A program made the translations under genes and the position numbers. Below, in pieces: positions 13,140 through 27,150 of a DNA stretch of 64,000 bases; the first letter of the stretch is position 1, and each line of letters starts with the position of its first letter. The stretch is from the NCBI GenBank assembly GCA_026770705.1, contig JANJGN010000041.1:1674001-1738000 (forward strand), in the 5' to 3' direction. The notes under the pieces are model-generated. The model saw nothing but the letters and a program-made list of their open reading frames with translations. It was not told where the DNA came from and ran no database searches. The DNA is from Isurus oxyrinchus. Lineage: Eukaryota.

Positions 13140-13211
<72 letters not shown>
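13067..13211. repeat. (TG)n microsatellite
   Basis: Imperfect from 13067, pure TG from ~13144 to 13210. Confidence 0.97.
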
Positions 13212-13213
<2 letters not shown>

Positions 13214-14037
13214 TTTTTAATGCTTTTTCTTCCCTGAACTTCAATTTGGTAGAGGAGCCTCAGCACTATGAAAACGGAATAGTTTAATCAGTCATATTAA
13301 AGGAAAGCGCAATGTAGAGTACATGTTTCAAGTTATAAGTTTTGAACTGAACATTCTGGCCAAAAATCAAAACCTGAGCATGTTTATGAGCACGTGGGAC
13401 TTTTAACCTACATACAAATTCACCCACGGGGAAATGGAGTGTATTTTAATGTTTCACAGTTTAACTGGGAACTTTGATACAGATGATTCTCAGTTGAATT
13501 TATCCTGGTCAGAAACCTCTTTAAACCGTTGAAGAACTCAGGTTTGGCTCCTGACAAAGTTGCCAAAGGAGGAAAATAATTTTTATGGACATTTGTAAAC
13601 ATTTGGCATTAATTTAAAATGCTTTAAGTTTCTGTGCAGAAATAATATTTTAAAATGTACCTGTAGAAGATTGAAAATGTCAGTTCGGCCTTACAATAAA
13701 AAGATAAGCCTGAAGCCTGGAATAATTTTGACAAAAATCCAATTTGGACAGTTCAAATAGAACTATGTTAAATGTTAAAAAGAACTATGAAAATTCAAAT
13801 TGCAGACTCTTTCTTTCAAATCAGGTAAAAACAGCGAACAGCGATACATTAATCCTGTCTTCAAGGAGAAAACGCTTATACACGAGAGATATCAGGTGAG
13901 AAATGCATTACAAAAAGCTGAAAGGCTTAAAAATAATAGAAATTGGATATATAGTTTGGGCACAACTGAAGAAAAGCTAATGGAACACTTTAATAAAGCA
14001 AGTTTCACTTTTGATTGGGGAAGAGGTTTTCGAAATC

Positions 14038-15098
14038 CGATGAAGTGAAGCAATTGTGTGCAAAGTTATTTCCGCTCCCACAACCAAACCCCACAACCAC
14101 CAAACGCGCAGTGGAGTTAATCAGGTTGTGCTTATTGCTGCTTCCGTTTTACTTCATGATATAACCTTCGGATTTCCAGATTTATATTGGCGCTCATGAG
14201 ATTTCAAGTTTCCAAATTCACAGACGTGAGTGAACATATCAACCCATTGAACTGTGGGTCATAGGCATGTTGGATGGCTTGCGTTTGTGAACAAAGAGTT
14301 TTGTGAATTAAAGATAGAGCAAGTAGTCATATTGGTCCAGCGAACTGGCCTCACCAGATCAGGCTGCTTGTTGCTATTAGTTATCTTTCGAGACAGAGTG
14401 CTGGAGAACGGGACTTCTGAGCAAACACACCGAACAATGAAAATGGGATTTCTCAACATCAGCTTTGAAAACCAGCAAGCCTGAAAACAATTGTTTCTGA
14501 AAGCGAAATTCATAAAGGAAACTGGACATCAGCTTCTATTCACCATTTCAAAGGGAAATGTACCTGACGTTTAAGGGGATAAACAAATTCCAACTCTCAA
14601 AAGAAGAATGCTAGTCGGAAACAGTTCAGGCGGCTCCTTGAAAAAAACATGTTTTTTTTGGAAGAAATAAATTGAACACTAAATTCAACATGGAGCAACA
14701 TTAAAAATCGGACACAGGCTAAAAGGTTACTTCTGTCAAACCAAAATTATACCTGAAGAAAGAACAAACAGGGCAAAACATGCTAATAACTGGAGTCAAG
14801 CGTTTGATTCCAATTTCAAAGATATTATCAAAAATTTTCCTTTTCAGCGCATTCGACCATGACTCAGTGCTAATGGCGCTCTAATTTGAAAACAAAATGC
14901 AGAACCATCATCACAAAATTGGTCAAACCTTCTCTGTCAGGCTTCAAGGCCATGCTGCCACCAGTGTATTACTCAGGGGTGCAAAATAAACTGGAAGTTT
15001 TGGCAGATCAAAAATGACTTGCGGTCGCCTAGGACACAGTTTGAAGAACATCACATGCTATCATCATGCCATTACAAGCCAACAAGCTATTACTAAAT
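14038..15098 (+). repeat. Copy 1 of a recent direct duplication (partner 62941-64000)
   Basis: Begins CGATGAAGTGAAGCAATTGTGTGC in both places; about 29 differences in ~1060 bp by manual comparison; sequence left of the start is unrelated in the two copies. Confidence 0.95.
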
Positions 15099-15877
15099 GA
15101 TATTCAGAGGTCTGTTAAATCCTGCCATCTTGTTATTGCATTGAGAATACTGCCTTTTCCGGTACATAAGCATTAACCAAGCCCTCCAGTTTCTTGCCCT
15201 TCTTAATGTGAAAAACATCAAACTCCATCACTTTCAGCAGTTCAGCCTCTGCTTCAGTCTTTCCCTCCATCCCTGCCTCCACATTCTCTTGTTGTTCTGA
15301 AACGTGACCTTTCTGTTTCGAAGACTTGTGAGCTGACCTCGAGGTACACCTGCCACGTTCCCGGTCTCGATCTTATGACCTTGAGCGGCCATGTCACCTG
15401 GCTCCCCTCACTTTGCCCTACAGTATTTCCCCAGGCCTCATGAACGAGGTGAGGTATTCAGTATTGCAACTGTATGAGGATCCGAGGAAAGGATTGAGGG
15501 TAAGATCTAGAAGTAGGGTAAAAAGGCAAACATCAGTTGTGAATTGGCAGAACCCACCTCCGGTGTCGTTCAATGTAACACATCAATTTCGTGTCCATGT
15601 ACGTTCTACTGAATGTAAAGAGTAGATTAATGGAATAACGTTAGATTGTTCTCTTTGATATAAGTTTCTCTTTGCCTACAAGCTTTTTATGAGAATTGAA
15701 ATTGATAATTTGGCCGCCGGTTGAGACATTGGGACCGTAGAGGAGTAGAAAAACAAAGAGCTTGAGATAACTACCCCCCTTTTATCGTTTTGGAAGTTAC
15801 CTGGAAAAAACAGAATGAATTATTGATTGGCGCATCCTTTTAAACATATGAAATCCCAGATTGAAGTTGATTGGCAG

Positions 15878-16415
15878 AATCCTGTATCCCCAGATTCAGA
15901 TCTCCAGCCTCCAGTAAGACGGATATTTTGGAAACGAATTTAAATTATATGTCCCCTGATTAGGATCTCCAGCCGACAGTAACAATTATGTTTTGGAGAT
16001 GAATTTAAAACCTGTGCACAATGATTCAGATCTCCAGTCTGCAGGAACAGGGATTTGTTGGAGGAGGTTTTGAATCTTGTCTCCACTTTTCCAGATCTCT
16101 ATCCTGGGGTACGTGGGAAGTTGTGGAGTTGAAAGTGAGTACTGTAGCCGCTGATCCAGATTTGGAGTCTGGAGTCAACAGCCATGGTTAGAGATGGACT
16201 TCAATCCTGTATCCATGGGTCCAGGTATGCTTTCAGACGTTCATGGGATGTTCTGGAGAAGGTTTTAAATCCTCTATGCATTGGTCCAGATCTGCAGTCT
16301 GCAGTCACTGGCATGTTGCTGAGGTGAATGTGAATCATGCACCCCCTGATCCAGATCTTCAGTCTGAAGCTTCAACGATGGTATGTAGTTGTAGCTGAAA
16401 ACGATATCCATTGAC
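15878..16415. repeat. Diverged 65-bp minisatellite, ~8 units
   Basis: GATCT-like anchor at 15899, 15964, 16029, 16094, 16159, 16224, 16289, 16354 (exact 65-bp steps). Confidence 0.9.
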
Positions 16416-16559
16416 TCACTTTTCAAGATTCTCCGTCAGGAACTTGGTGTCCATACATTGATGGTTTTCTGATTTAATCAACAAGAATGGACAAGCTTAG
16501 ATTTCTGTCTGTACGGCATTATACACTCCCTTAAAGCCCTCCCACAAATAATTCAGAAT

Positions 16560-16800
16560 TAAAATATTATGAGGGACCAAGAGACAGTGAATATTAAGAA
16601 CATTTCCCATGGGCAGGGAGGGCAACGTCCAGGTTAAATATAATCAGTGAAACTGTTGGAAAAGTTACACTGAAATTGAGTCCTTTTTTCACCCAGAGGC
16701 TGGTGGGTGTTTGGCTCTCGCTGTCCCAAAAGGGAATAGAGTGAAAGACACTCTCACATTTAATTCAAAATAACTCGGGTATGAAGTTTAAATGCAGTTA
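16560..16800 (+). mobile_element. CR1 LINE 3'-end fragment
   Basis: TTTTTCACCCAGAGGCTGGTGGGTGTTTGG corresponds to the FFTQRVVxxWN C-terminal CR1 motif. Confidence 0.6.
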
Positions 16801-17702
16801 CTGCCAATAGCAGAACGGGTAAAACGTTTTGTGACTAAATTTAATCCGTTTAAATCATTGAACGTTTACAGGAGACAGGGAGTCCATTCAGCTCTTCACA
16901 CCTGTATTAACTGCCTGCAAATGTTATTCATCTGGTCCCCGTGCTCCGCCCTTCCCTGTAGACAGGTAAATATACCTCTTTCAAGCTCAATACCAATTGC
17001 CTCTTGAAAACCATGATCAAAATTCCCTCAATCACATCCGAGAACATTCCTGCAGGCTGTATTAACTCCCCCATCCTCACTCTCTTCCCGCTTTTTATAA
17101 ACCATTTCCTGACTACTTAGAATATAAATCTGCTTTCCAGGCCCTTGGCTTTAAAGCTTCCGTTTCTGCCGGGGGTTTCTTAATCTAAGTCCACTTCATG
17201 CATTTATAAAAACAGACGCTTGCCCAGGGTTAAAATAATTTGCAACATCACCCCGGTGTTATTAACCACCGTTTGTCACCGTTTTTGTTATGATTTTTAC
17301 CGCCAGCCTAGCACTAGGCTATATTAGCCAACGCCCCCTCCCAGATTAAATCACCATTGAACCTAACCCCAGACCACCCTGTTGCTTATCAGACCCTCAC
17401 TGGAAATTAAGGATCCAGCCCCCGCTTCGCAGAGTTTTCAAACAGTTTGCTCTCTATCAGGGTTCACAACGTTGCCCCCTCTCTCACAGTTTTTATTAAT
17501 GAGAACAATCCCGTCGTTGAATACTAATATCAGCCCCTAACCAGCATTCATGGATTAGCCAGCCTTACCTGCTGCTCTTCGTATGCCGCTTGCACCCAGC
17601 GCATTTTATTAAAACGCTCCCATAAACTGAGTCTATTGATCCAAATTTTCTTCTTATGGTTGAAACAAGGGTCTAGCCCAAAGGGGTATGTAAGTTGGTG
17701 CT

Positions 17703-17800
17703 CTTCTTTCTTTCTTTTTTTCTATTTTTCTTTTCTTTCTTTCTTTCGTTCTTTCTTTCTTTCTTTCTTTTTATTTTTTCATTTCTTGCTTTCTTTCTCA
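17703..17800. repeat. (TTTC)n low-complexity tract
   Basis: Seen directly. Confidence 0.9.
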
Positions 17801-19049
17801 GCAGTTTTTTCTCCACGTTTCATATGGGGTCTTCACCTCTTGTACCCTCCTCCCGGTGTGTAATTATCCACCCCCTCGTCCTCAGTTTCATTAACCCCAA
17901 CCACCCCCTCCCCACACTCAAATCACCCGGCACACCGCCCCGCACCCAATCGACCACCACGACCCCATTAGTGCCATGGATGCAAAGGCCCAGCTTGCTG
18001 GCAGGTCTTAATAAGAGTTTCTGATGGCCCGGGTGTATTTAGAGACTCATTGACCAACAGCTCCTGCACATGTGTTTTTTCAAAATCCTCCCTCAGCTCA
18101 ATTTACAGGTCAATTGCCATCTCATTCCCCACGGCTTAGTGAAACGTTGGTGGCACCTGGGCTACAAACCATCCCTTTCCTTGAGCATTTGCAAACCAAT
18201 ACACTAGGCCCTTTTTGCAATATACTCAAAGCTCCACCAAGATTACTAACTCTCTCCCTACCAAGGCATATCAAACCTGTCCCTCTTCAACTGTTATGAT
18301 CTTGCTAAGTAATTTATAATTCTCTTCCTTAGAGCGATAGTGGTGAAATTATTCCGAGACGGTCCAAATACTTTCAAATTCTTGTAAAAGTGCTGTGTCC
18401 AGTACTGAAAACAATATCTCTTTGATGGCTTGATGTTCTGTATTTTGGAAATCTAGTTAAACCATATTGTGACGAATGTATAATATTTCTTGTGATATTA
18501 TTCTGTAATTAGGTTAATATTGGGTTTCAGAAAGTTTCAGTGCATGTGTGTGTGTGACTTAATTTAAATGCAGACATAATTAAATTGATAATTTTCGGGG
18601 CCTTGCATCAATAAAATAAGGAAGTTCTGAAATGCAAAATATGTAAACATGGCTGCAGATTTGGAATGTGAGATGAGTAAAGTATGCATTTTAGGTAAAT
18701 TTGGGTAGTTTGAGTTTCAAAGAGGATGTAACACCTAGCCTGTGAAGCCTAGCAAAGCGGTGTGTTTATATTGGATTCAAAAAGATTAACAATAACATTA
18801 GCACCATGTAATGATTTTTTGTAGGGAAAAAAGTAATAATCGGTTTCCCTTTGGTCTTCACTGTGGCAACATCTGAATGATTTGAAAAGCGATTTCTGAG
18901 CTTAATTTCAGACTTAGGAATGCTGTGGGTCCGCAGTCAAATGCAGGTTAGACCGGGTTAAGATGGCAGTTCTCCTCCCTAAGTATTCAAGATGGGCCGT
19001 CCATACAGTCCTTGAATCTCTTGCTGGACGCAACTGATAAAAGTTATTT

Positions 19050-19960
19050 TTTATAGAGTAGGATCAGAACAGACGCCCCCTTCCTGCAACCCTGCATTGA
19101 GCTCGCCGCTGGTGACATACAAAATTTCCGGGCTGCCATCCCCTGGGACAGCTTTGAAAGTCGTGAACTGAGCCGTTTTTTTAGGATCAGTTGGTAAATC
19201 CGTGAGTCTGGAGACACTTTTGTTTCCTTTGGAGTTACTGATTACTGGCGGGTACATCCTGCAGCTGCACCTACATCAGTCACTTTGTCTAACACCTCTG
19301 CCACAACTGCACAGCCCAATTTTCCTTCCACTCCGGTCTGCCCTTCGGAAGACCCTCCCCCCTCACAACCACAATCCCCACAATTCTGTCTCCCCTGCTC
19401 CCCACTGTCAACACCTTCCCATGACTGCTCTTCCCATTGGTCCCACACTGCATTGGAGCTGCAAGAACTCGATGGGCCGAATGGCCTGCTAGACCTTACT
19501 GTCTCAAACTTTTGTTGGAATCAATTGTATTCCAAAGGTGGGCTTTGGCTGCAGTCTAATATGATTTCAGGTATGTGAAAGCGAGGTAAAATGCTGGTCG
19601 TGTGTGCTCTATGCAGTTCGTGTGCACAGTGCTCAATACCATTCAACTGAGTTCCAATACATACGGGTCGTGTTCGGACGCTTATGGGTATGTTAAATAT
19701 TTGCTGGGGGGGAAAGGGTAGACCAACGGCCACTTACCATCCAGCCTGATAGTTTGGCACAAGTGCGGGAGGATGGGAAAATAATGAATCATCACAAGAT
19801 AAGATCCAACAGCCCATTGCTGGTCAGTCTGGAGAAAACAAAAGCTGTCCATTGCCAAACGTCCACAAAATTAAGCGCTAATTTCACTTGATAAACACTG
19901 AAGGGTGCACTTCAGTGTGACGTTTCAAACGGGCCCTGAAAGGTTTTTTTTTTTCAAATT
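19050..19960 (-). mobile_element. Possible Gypsy LTR-retrotransposon integrase C-terminal relic
   Basis: Minus-strand VRTRPVCIGTQLNGIEHCAHELH resembles the GPVSYxV...RRHxDQL module, followed by a low-complexity tail. Confidence 0.3.
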
Positions 19961-20689
19961 GTTGTTCCCGGTTGGCAATTAAATTAATTTAAAATTGTTG
20001 ATTGAGGTTAACACGGAAACAGCTGGGCTCAGTTTCACCCAATTCCAGATTGAGCACAATATTCTTCTCGCATTACCTGTGGTCACCTTGCACGATCTCT
20101 GGGTCTTGTAGACTGTCAGGCATACAGTGTCACCCTGCCCTGAGACTCTGCTGCAAAGGGTGAGGGAGCACAGATTGTTATAACAGCTCACAGGACATTT
20201 GAATGGCGATATAAAAGAGGAAGAAAGATTCTCACTTCAGCAATGGTGAATGAGGCCATTTCACCCTCCTGTCGCTTTCTCCCTAAAACAGATCATGCTT
20301 CCTACCCTCCATTTGTTCTCTAATGGGACACCTATCAAGATGCCAATAACCAAGAGCTCCCCTCCCTGCGTGAAACATAGGAGGTACCAGTATGAACAAG
20401 GAGCACAGGACTCACTATTTTTAGTTGATATCTGTAGGAGGCACTGTCTTAAACTACCTGACCCACAATGTTGCCTCAGGCAAAACGAGACTTAACGTCG
20501 ATTTTTGCTTAAGATGAACTACGACTCGGGGTGTGCATCGTCATGAACAAAACGCACCGAACGAATTGTATTAATTAGTCACTGGTGAAAACCACTAACA
20601 CTCTCGCTCGCACCCCTGCACACCATCATTCACACACAAATCGACTGTGCTATGTGTTGGAAAACATGCGAAAGAAATAGAGATACAAG

Positions 20690-21050
20690 GAGGAAGACTG
20701 GAAAGGCTGGATGAACAGAGTGGGGCCCTCATATCAAAATATTTACGATTATGAAAGATTTATTTTAACATACTGGATGCAGAGCAAAGATTTGCTCTAA
20801 CGACAATGCTTATAAAACGAGGTCTTAAATAAGAAACAATTGCCAAGAGAACTCACAGGGAATTCAAGAATACTTACTTCCACAGAGAGAGATGAGAATG
20901 TGGGAGTCATTACCAAACGGAGTGCTCTGTTGTATGCATTAGCTCTATTTAAGTGGAAGCTATGCAGTCATATTCCAGGGACAGAAATAGACGGACACCC
21001 TAACTAGTTATGATTTGAATGGTCAGGCTCTTTCGGTCGGGCGTCTAACT
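20690..21050 (+). mobile_element. CR1 LINE 3'-end fragment
   Basis: TACTTCCACAGAGAGATGAGAATGTGGGAGTCATTACCA resembles FFTQRVVRMWNSLP. Confidence 0.6.
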
Positions 21051-21569
21051 TTTCAGGGGTCTCTGCTTAAGAGGACGTGGTGGAGGGGAGTGAAGGCACC
21101 ATTTTACCCTGCTGCTCTTCTCTGCAGCTACAGCTGGTGCTGTTTGGCCTCACCACATTTTCCCATTCACCAGAAAGAACAACGAGTAATCTCCGCAGCC
21201 TCCGTCCCCCACTCAAGCAGGATGCCCCTGTCTAGCAATTTCCTTTACCCCCTGTCCAACATAATCCGCTATTTTAGAATTGCCTCTGCCTTGGGTGATG
21301 TGTTTTTGAGACAGTGGCTTCATCACTGATAGAAAGGGACTGTGTGTCCCGCTAAACTACCATTCCGTTTCAAAGTTAAGCCTTGTCTACAGTGCAGCAT
21401 CATCACCTTTACACCACCCATCCAGTTTGAGTTCTACCAAACTACGTGATCTCTCCCCACGAGGACATTGCTCCCAGTTCTCTGCGAAGCCATCAATTCG
21501 GTTTGGATGGTGCCTCCTGCCCAGGCCTTCTTCAACACATTCATGATATGGACCAATAACTCCTCAAGT

Positions 21570-22920
21570 GAGTGGTTTGATTTTATTCATTCATGGGTTG
21601 GAAAGCACGCTGGCTGGGGGAAATGTATTGCCCATCCCAAGTTGCCATTGTGAAGGTGGTGATGAGCTGCCTTTTGAACGGTTGCAGTGTCTGTCGTATA
21701 CCTACAACAACAGGGCTGTTAGGAGGTGTTGCGGGGTGGTGTTGGTCGTACCAAAGGATACTGGCCCAGCGACAGTTAAGTAACACTGATGCATTTCCAA
21801 AATGGATGGACGTGTCTTGGGGAGGGGATTGAAGATTGTTTTGCTGCCATCTATCTCCTTACCTTCTTCAAGGTGCAATTGCCGTAAGCTGGAAGGTGCA
21901 GTCGAAGGAGTTGTGTTTTTTTCCTTGCAGTGCATTTTATAGACGGTATGCACTGCTGCTTTTGTGCATCGGTGAAGGAGGGAGTGAATGATTGGTTGAG
22001 CATCATAATCAAGCGGACTGCTTTTCCTGGATGGTGACGAAATTCTGTACTGTTTTGGAGCTGTGCTCATCCTTAAAAATGGAGAGTATTCCGTCAAACT
22101 TCCGACTTGTGCCTGATAGGCAGTTGACAGCCTTTGGGGAGTAAGGAAGTGTGTAACCCCTCTGTCAATTCCTTGCAGCTGAACTGCTTTTTTAGCCACG
22201 TTACATAGGTGACTAGTCTAGATCAGTTTCTGGTAAATGGCGACCTCCTGAAAGTAGATAGTGGGGGGATTCAGTGAGGGGGATGCCATTGATTGCCTAG
22301 GGGCAATGGTTAGATTGTCTCTTGATGGAGATGGTCATTGTCTGGCACTTTTCTGGCTTGATTGTTACTTGCAACTTTTCCGCAACGTGCTGGATATTTT
22401 CGAGGGCCTGTATTTCTTTTTCCTGACACGTTGTTTCTCAGTACCAACCATCCCACCCTCACCCCATGCCCACCACCAGCCTCCTCGGAGGATGAGATGT
22501 GCTATGCTATTCACAATCAGTTCGGCAGGAACTTAATACCCTGCATGGCCGGAGGGGCCACAACATCCTGACCAGGTCATGCTGCATTTGAACCTGGGCT
22601 GCTTCATTTTCTGAGGAATCACGAATGCTCCTGAACATTGTGCAAACGTCAGTGAACATCCCCACTTCCGACCAGATGATAGATGGACACACATTTATGA
22701 AGCAACTGACGCCGTTTGGCACTCGGGAATTACCCTGAGGAAATCCTAAAGAGTGTTGTCTTCCTTTGCACCTAAGGCGAGTTACCACACGTCAACAATT
22801 TTATTCCGGCTCATTGAGGCCACCCACGGTCAAATGCTGCCTTTCTGTCAACGGCTGTCACTCTCCTCTCGCCTCAGGAAATAGAGCTTTTCTCCAGTTT
22901 GTATTCATACTGTGTTTTAT
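21570..22920 (-). mobile_element. Family-B CR1-clade LINE 3' half, decayed
   Basis: Minus-strand LTPQRLSTAYQAQVGSLTEYSPFLRMSTAP; DNA similarity to 6480-7215 and 47810-48725. Confidence 0.75.
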
Positions 22921-25229
22921 AATGATTAATCAAAACATCTCGAAAGGTTATATTTAATTCAATATGACTTGTGGCTGTTGTGGAAGTGCACACCAGGCCT
23001 GAAGAGATCATGGAGAGATAAAGAATGTTCTTGGCTCTTACCTTGCGGTGCTGGTAATGGTGAAAAACCCTGAATGTCATCTCTATGGAGCGTGCAATGA
23101 CACAGATATTCTGTTGAGCTCACCTAAGGGAAAAGGCCAGAAGTTGTAACATGTCCAAGTCAAATCTCCACCGAAACCTTTGGATCAAGATGTATAGCTG
23201 ACTGCTCAGCACTCATGTACAATCATAATTTGTTTTACTGTGGCTGGTTCGTATCATGTTGAGTTGCTGCTCAGTAGAACAGACCTTTAAACGATCACTC
23301 TGCCAACATCTCTGCTTGTCGCAAACCCCTTCCATCCTGCACTCAGACAACATTAGCTCTTCTCCCCCATGTCACACCACATTACCGTCAATCAGTCACC
23401 CATTACAACTCGTCACCCAAACTCCCACGGCACACTAGCACCTGGTAACACTCCCCTTCAAACCATCAACACTAATTTCCCCATTCCCAATGATGCCTCA
23501 TCGCATGCAATTTTCCTCCATCAACCCTGCTACTCTTCTGTCCACACTGCTATTCCAAGGCTGCCTGCCATCAGGCCTGGATATCCCTATCAACCCATAT
23601 CTTCTTCGTTACAAATTTCACCTCAATAGCCTCAGCTTCCCCCATCAACATTAGCTCCTCACCTCTAACTTCTCCAACATCCCTGCTTACCCCATAACCT
23701 CCGATTTCCACCCTCAAACCGTCCTTTCTTCTCCAATAACTTCCATTTAATTGTCCTGGCCTTCGAACATATCAACAACCGTCTGGTCAATAAGGTAGAA
23801 TGATTCCGAAATGTTCAGTAAGTCCTTACGCAACTTGTAAGTTTTGTATTGTACATTTCTCTTTCACTCAGCTAACAAAGTGATGATTGTGTCACTTTTG
23901 CAGATAGTGTGGTCTCTCCAAATGTGACACTCGGCAGATGCTGACTATGGCAGAGCAAAACTGGTTTCCTCAGCCTGATATTTCGACTCTTTCTGATAGT
24001 TTTAGGAAAAGAGTTTCGTTTCTTCAACTCCACCCCCGTGCGTAATGCCAACACTATCAGAAACTGACTGTTCTCCCTGGTTCACAGTCACTCACACCAT
24101 TGAAATCTCTGTAGCCATTTTTTTAGCAAAATCTGAAGAGTAAGTATGGTGTTGGCGGAACAGCGGCTGAGCTTCGGGTAATAGTGAGCGTTTTGGTATG
24201 TTTAAGGAAAATTTCCTGATATTTTTTGTAAGCCAATGAGTATTGGCTGACGATAAAAGTCCATTCTGTTATGTGACAATAAATGACCTGCATTCTCAGT
24301 TTTGGAGAAAAATCGAGTTCCTTGATCACATTCTAACGCCGAAGAGGCTATTTGCCCCGCTTCTGCTGTTGAATGGTTTCACTGTTAGGCACAGGTTAAT
24401 GACCAGCAGAAATTGCAGGACATTCTGGGTAATCAGAAACATGGAAGATCGAAGGGAACCCAACAATTTGCTTTTGTCCTCTCAACCAATTGCATCAAGT
24501 TATGGTCAAAGTTTATGGTTTACTCATTGTGGTGGCAGATGTTGGATATGTTGTCCAGTTTGATGCATCCAGAAACCTTGCACAATGGTTTAATTCATTC
24601 TGCAGCTCCTGAGTTGATTCACAATCATTTGTGTTTGTACTATGACTCAGAATATGTTGCGATTGCATTTGGAGAACGTTCTAGGATATGATTAAAATAA
24701 CTGAAACACTGTTCGTGTGCAGCATTGTCCACTGCTCCTTCAGGTTTTCAGCGTCTGGAGGGGCTTGCCAGAAAGGCAAATGAAAAATCTTGGGGCTTGT
24801 CGCAAATGCTAACATTGTCTGTTGAACAATTGACTTTTACAACATGAAGTTTCCTCGCTCTGATTAGACATCATAGTACCAAGAATAACAGAACTCACAT
24901 TGGGCAATCCACTGGTCCACTTTTCTTCTCCTTCACAACTATCTGCAAGGGCCCCTCCCAGCAGCATCACCCACATAACCCAGCACCCCCACCCACCACC
25001 CCTAAACTTCATTTGGCCAGCCCATTTGTCCATCAGAACGCATTCCACAATTGTCCCTTGCAGATGTTGCACCTATTTTGTGGATTGATGAGGTGAGTTA
25101 CAAAGTGTTGCCAGACCCCGGCCTGTTCTTTTTTTTAGCAAAATTATTAATCGATTTACTGAAGAACATGAAAAATATGTGTCGCAGTGATGTTGCCAAA
25201 AGGGACATTGTCTTTGTTAAATAACTCAA

Positions 25230-25880
25230 CGAGCCTCCACGCATCTTGACTCATCCATGTCCACCATTGTTACCCTCCATGTCACTCTCTCTCAGCTGCT
25301 TTCCTGGTTTGGCCTTGAAGAGATTCATTATGTTCACCTGAACCATCCCATCTCGTAGCGAGTTCCACATTCTCACAAATCTCTGGACATGAGGTCTCTC
25401 CTGAATTCCCGATTGGATAATTTGCTGATTGTCATACATTCATGACCATATAGTTGCGTCCCTCCCCATAAGATAAAACATTCTCTCTGTATCCAATCAC
25501 TCAAAAAGCCTGCTTTTAAACTCCTCTATTGTGCCATCCCGGAGACTTGTTTACAATTTTCCAGAGAGAAGAGTCACAGCCTGAAAAGTCCTCCTGATAT
25601 GTGTACCCGCACATTCCTGCATCATCCTTATCAGTCATGTCTGCACTAGTGCCTCTATATGGCTTTATAACCATGCATGTTGACCATGAGTGTAATTGCC
25701 TAACTTTGGTCAACCAAAGTTTTAATCGGGTACAGCATATCCTTCTGACTTTTCAATTCTATCCCCTAAGGCATGAAGCCAAGTGTGTGGTTGGGAATTT
25801 TTAACGCCCGGTTAACATATAGGTCTACTTTCAATGGTGGAGTTATTTTTACTCACAAATCGCTAAGTACCTCTTCCCCT
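25230..25880 (-). mobile_element. CR1 LINE 3' fragment
   Basis: Minus-strand QRFVRMWNSLRDGMVQVNIMNLFKAK, a CR1 ORF2 C-terminus. Confidence 0.65.
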
Positions 25881-26839
25881 TCGAGAGGAAAGAGGAAAGA
25901 AGAAGAGATTCTTTTTTTAGTGCCAGTGGGATCAGTTCTGTAAAGCAGACACATTTCATGCTACATGGGTTGAACTGGGGTCCACTGTCATCGGTCGTGA
26001 TAGGTGATTAGGCGGTGACGGTGCGGCATGGGAATAGGGACACATGTACAAGCTAATTCGCTTTGCTGTGAGGCGGGCTTCATGACCGTCTGCTGTAGCC
26101 GATGTGAAAGCTTGAACTTAAGCGCCAGCTGAGAACTCATTTAGACTCAGGCGCCATCTTGGTTAAAGGGATTTTTCCATATCCTCAAAATGACATCATC
26201 TAAAAATAGCGAGTGTTTGTGCTGCTGGGCGATATCGGACGCCTTGTAGAATTTTAATAGATGATATTAGTGGAGACTGGGTAAATCCACATTAACTAAA
26301 ATGCTATTAATTGCTGTTTATTTAAAGTGCCCTGATCTGAAGTGATGGGCTTGTATTTGGAGATGGTTTTAATGTTTATGGGAGAAAATTAGGGTGATGG
26401 TGTTCAGCGTACTTCAGAAAGCTGTTAGTTGAATGGATGGAAATGCTCGAAGTGCGAAATAGATACCAAGTGTTCTAAACCGTATCGATATAAGGTAGCT
26501 CCTGTGAAATATGCTCACCTCCATTATGTTCAGTTGCAATAAAGACTATCTGTGCTCCAGTTATCTCATGTGTGTCTCTGAGGTGCTCAAGAGAGAATGT
26601 GCAAATCTTTGTTCTTGGTACTTGGATTTCTGGTGCTCTACCAGCACAGATGCTGTTTATTAGAACTGATCAGGTATTATGTATTTACTAATAGCACGCA
26701 CGCAATGAAGATTGTCTCCACTTTGAGCATGATAAAGACGGAGTCACCTAAGCTAGTTACTTGCTAATCAACAGAGAGACCGATCTGTGTAATGATTGAA
26801 CAAGTGAAAGTTTAAAATAATTGTTAACAACTTATAATT

Positions 26840-27150
26840 TCAGAGCCAATCTGCAGAGAAGAGGGCCATTTAGCCCATTAAGCAGCTCCTGGATCTTTGA
26901 AATTGCTGCTCAATTCTCCCCACTCGATCTCTCCACTTTCCCCATTGCTCTGCCATTGTTCCTTTTTTAGTTCAATTACCTCCACACCCCTCATTTGCGA
27001 TTCAACATTGCACCTTCCTCCATTACCCTTTCAGGAATCCCCTTACATGTCACATGGACAGATTGTGTATAGATAATTTTTCCGCAGTTCCCATCGGGTT
27101 ATCTGCTTATTACCTTCAATCTGTTTCACCCGATCTTCCAAAAACCCACA
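26840..27150 (-). mobile_element. CR1 LINE extreme 3' end, old
   Basis: GAGGGCCATTTAGCCCAT matches the reverse complement of the CR1 3' terminal motif. Confidence 0.5.

Noticed and set aside
12987-13244. THTH/VCVC ORFs
   Set aside because: Translation of the (TG)n microsatellite
14254-14484. 76-aa ORF repeated at 63156-63386 as a duplicated small gene
   Set aside because: Non-ATG start, no recognisable domain, and most differences between copies change amino acids, as expected for neutral duplicated DNA
15878-16415. Regularly spaced repeats as a CRISPR-like array
   Set aside because: Whole units are homologous with no unique spacers, there are no cas genes, and the context is a vertebrate genome; the same applies to the 50-, 51-, 69- and 42-bp arrays
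20380-20500. Harbinger transposase N-terminal echo (ICRRHCLKLPDPQCCLR)
   Set aside because: Too short and degenerate to call
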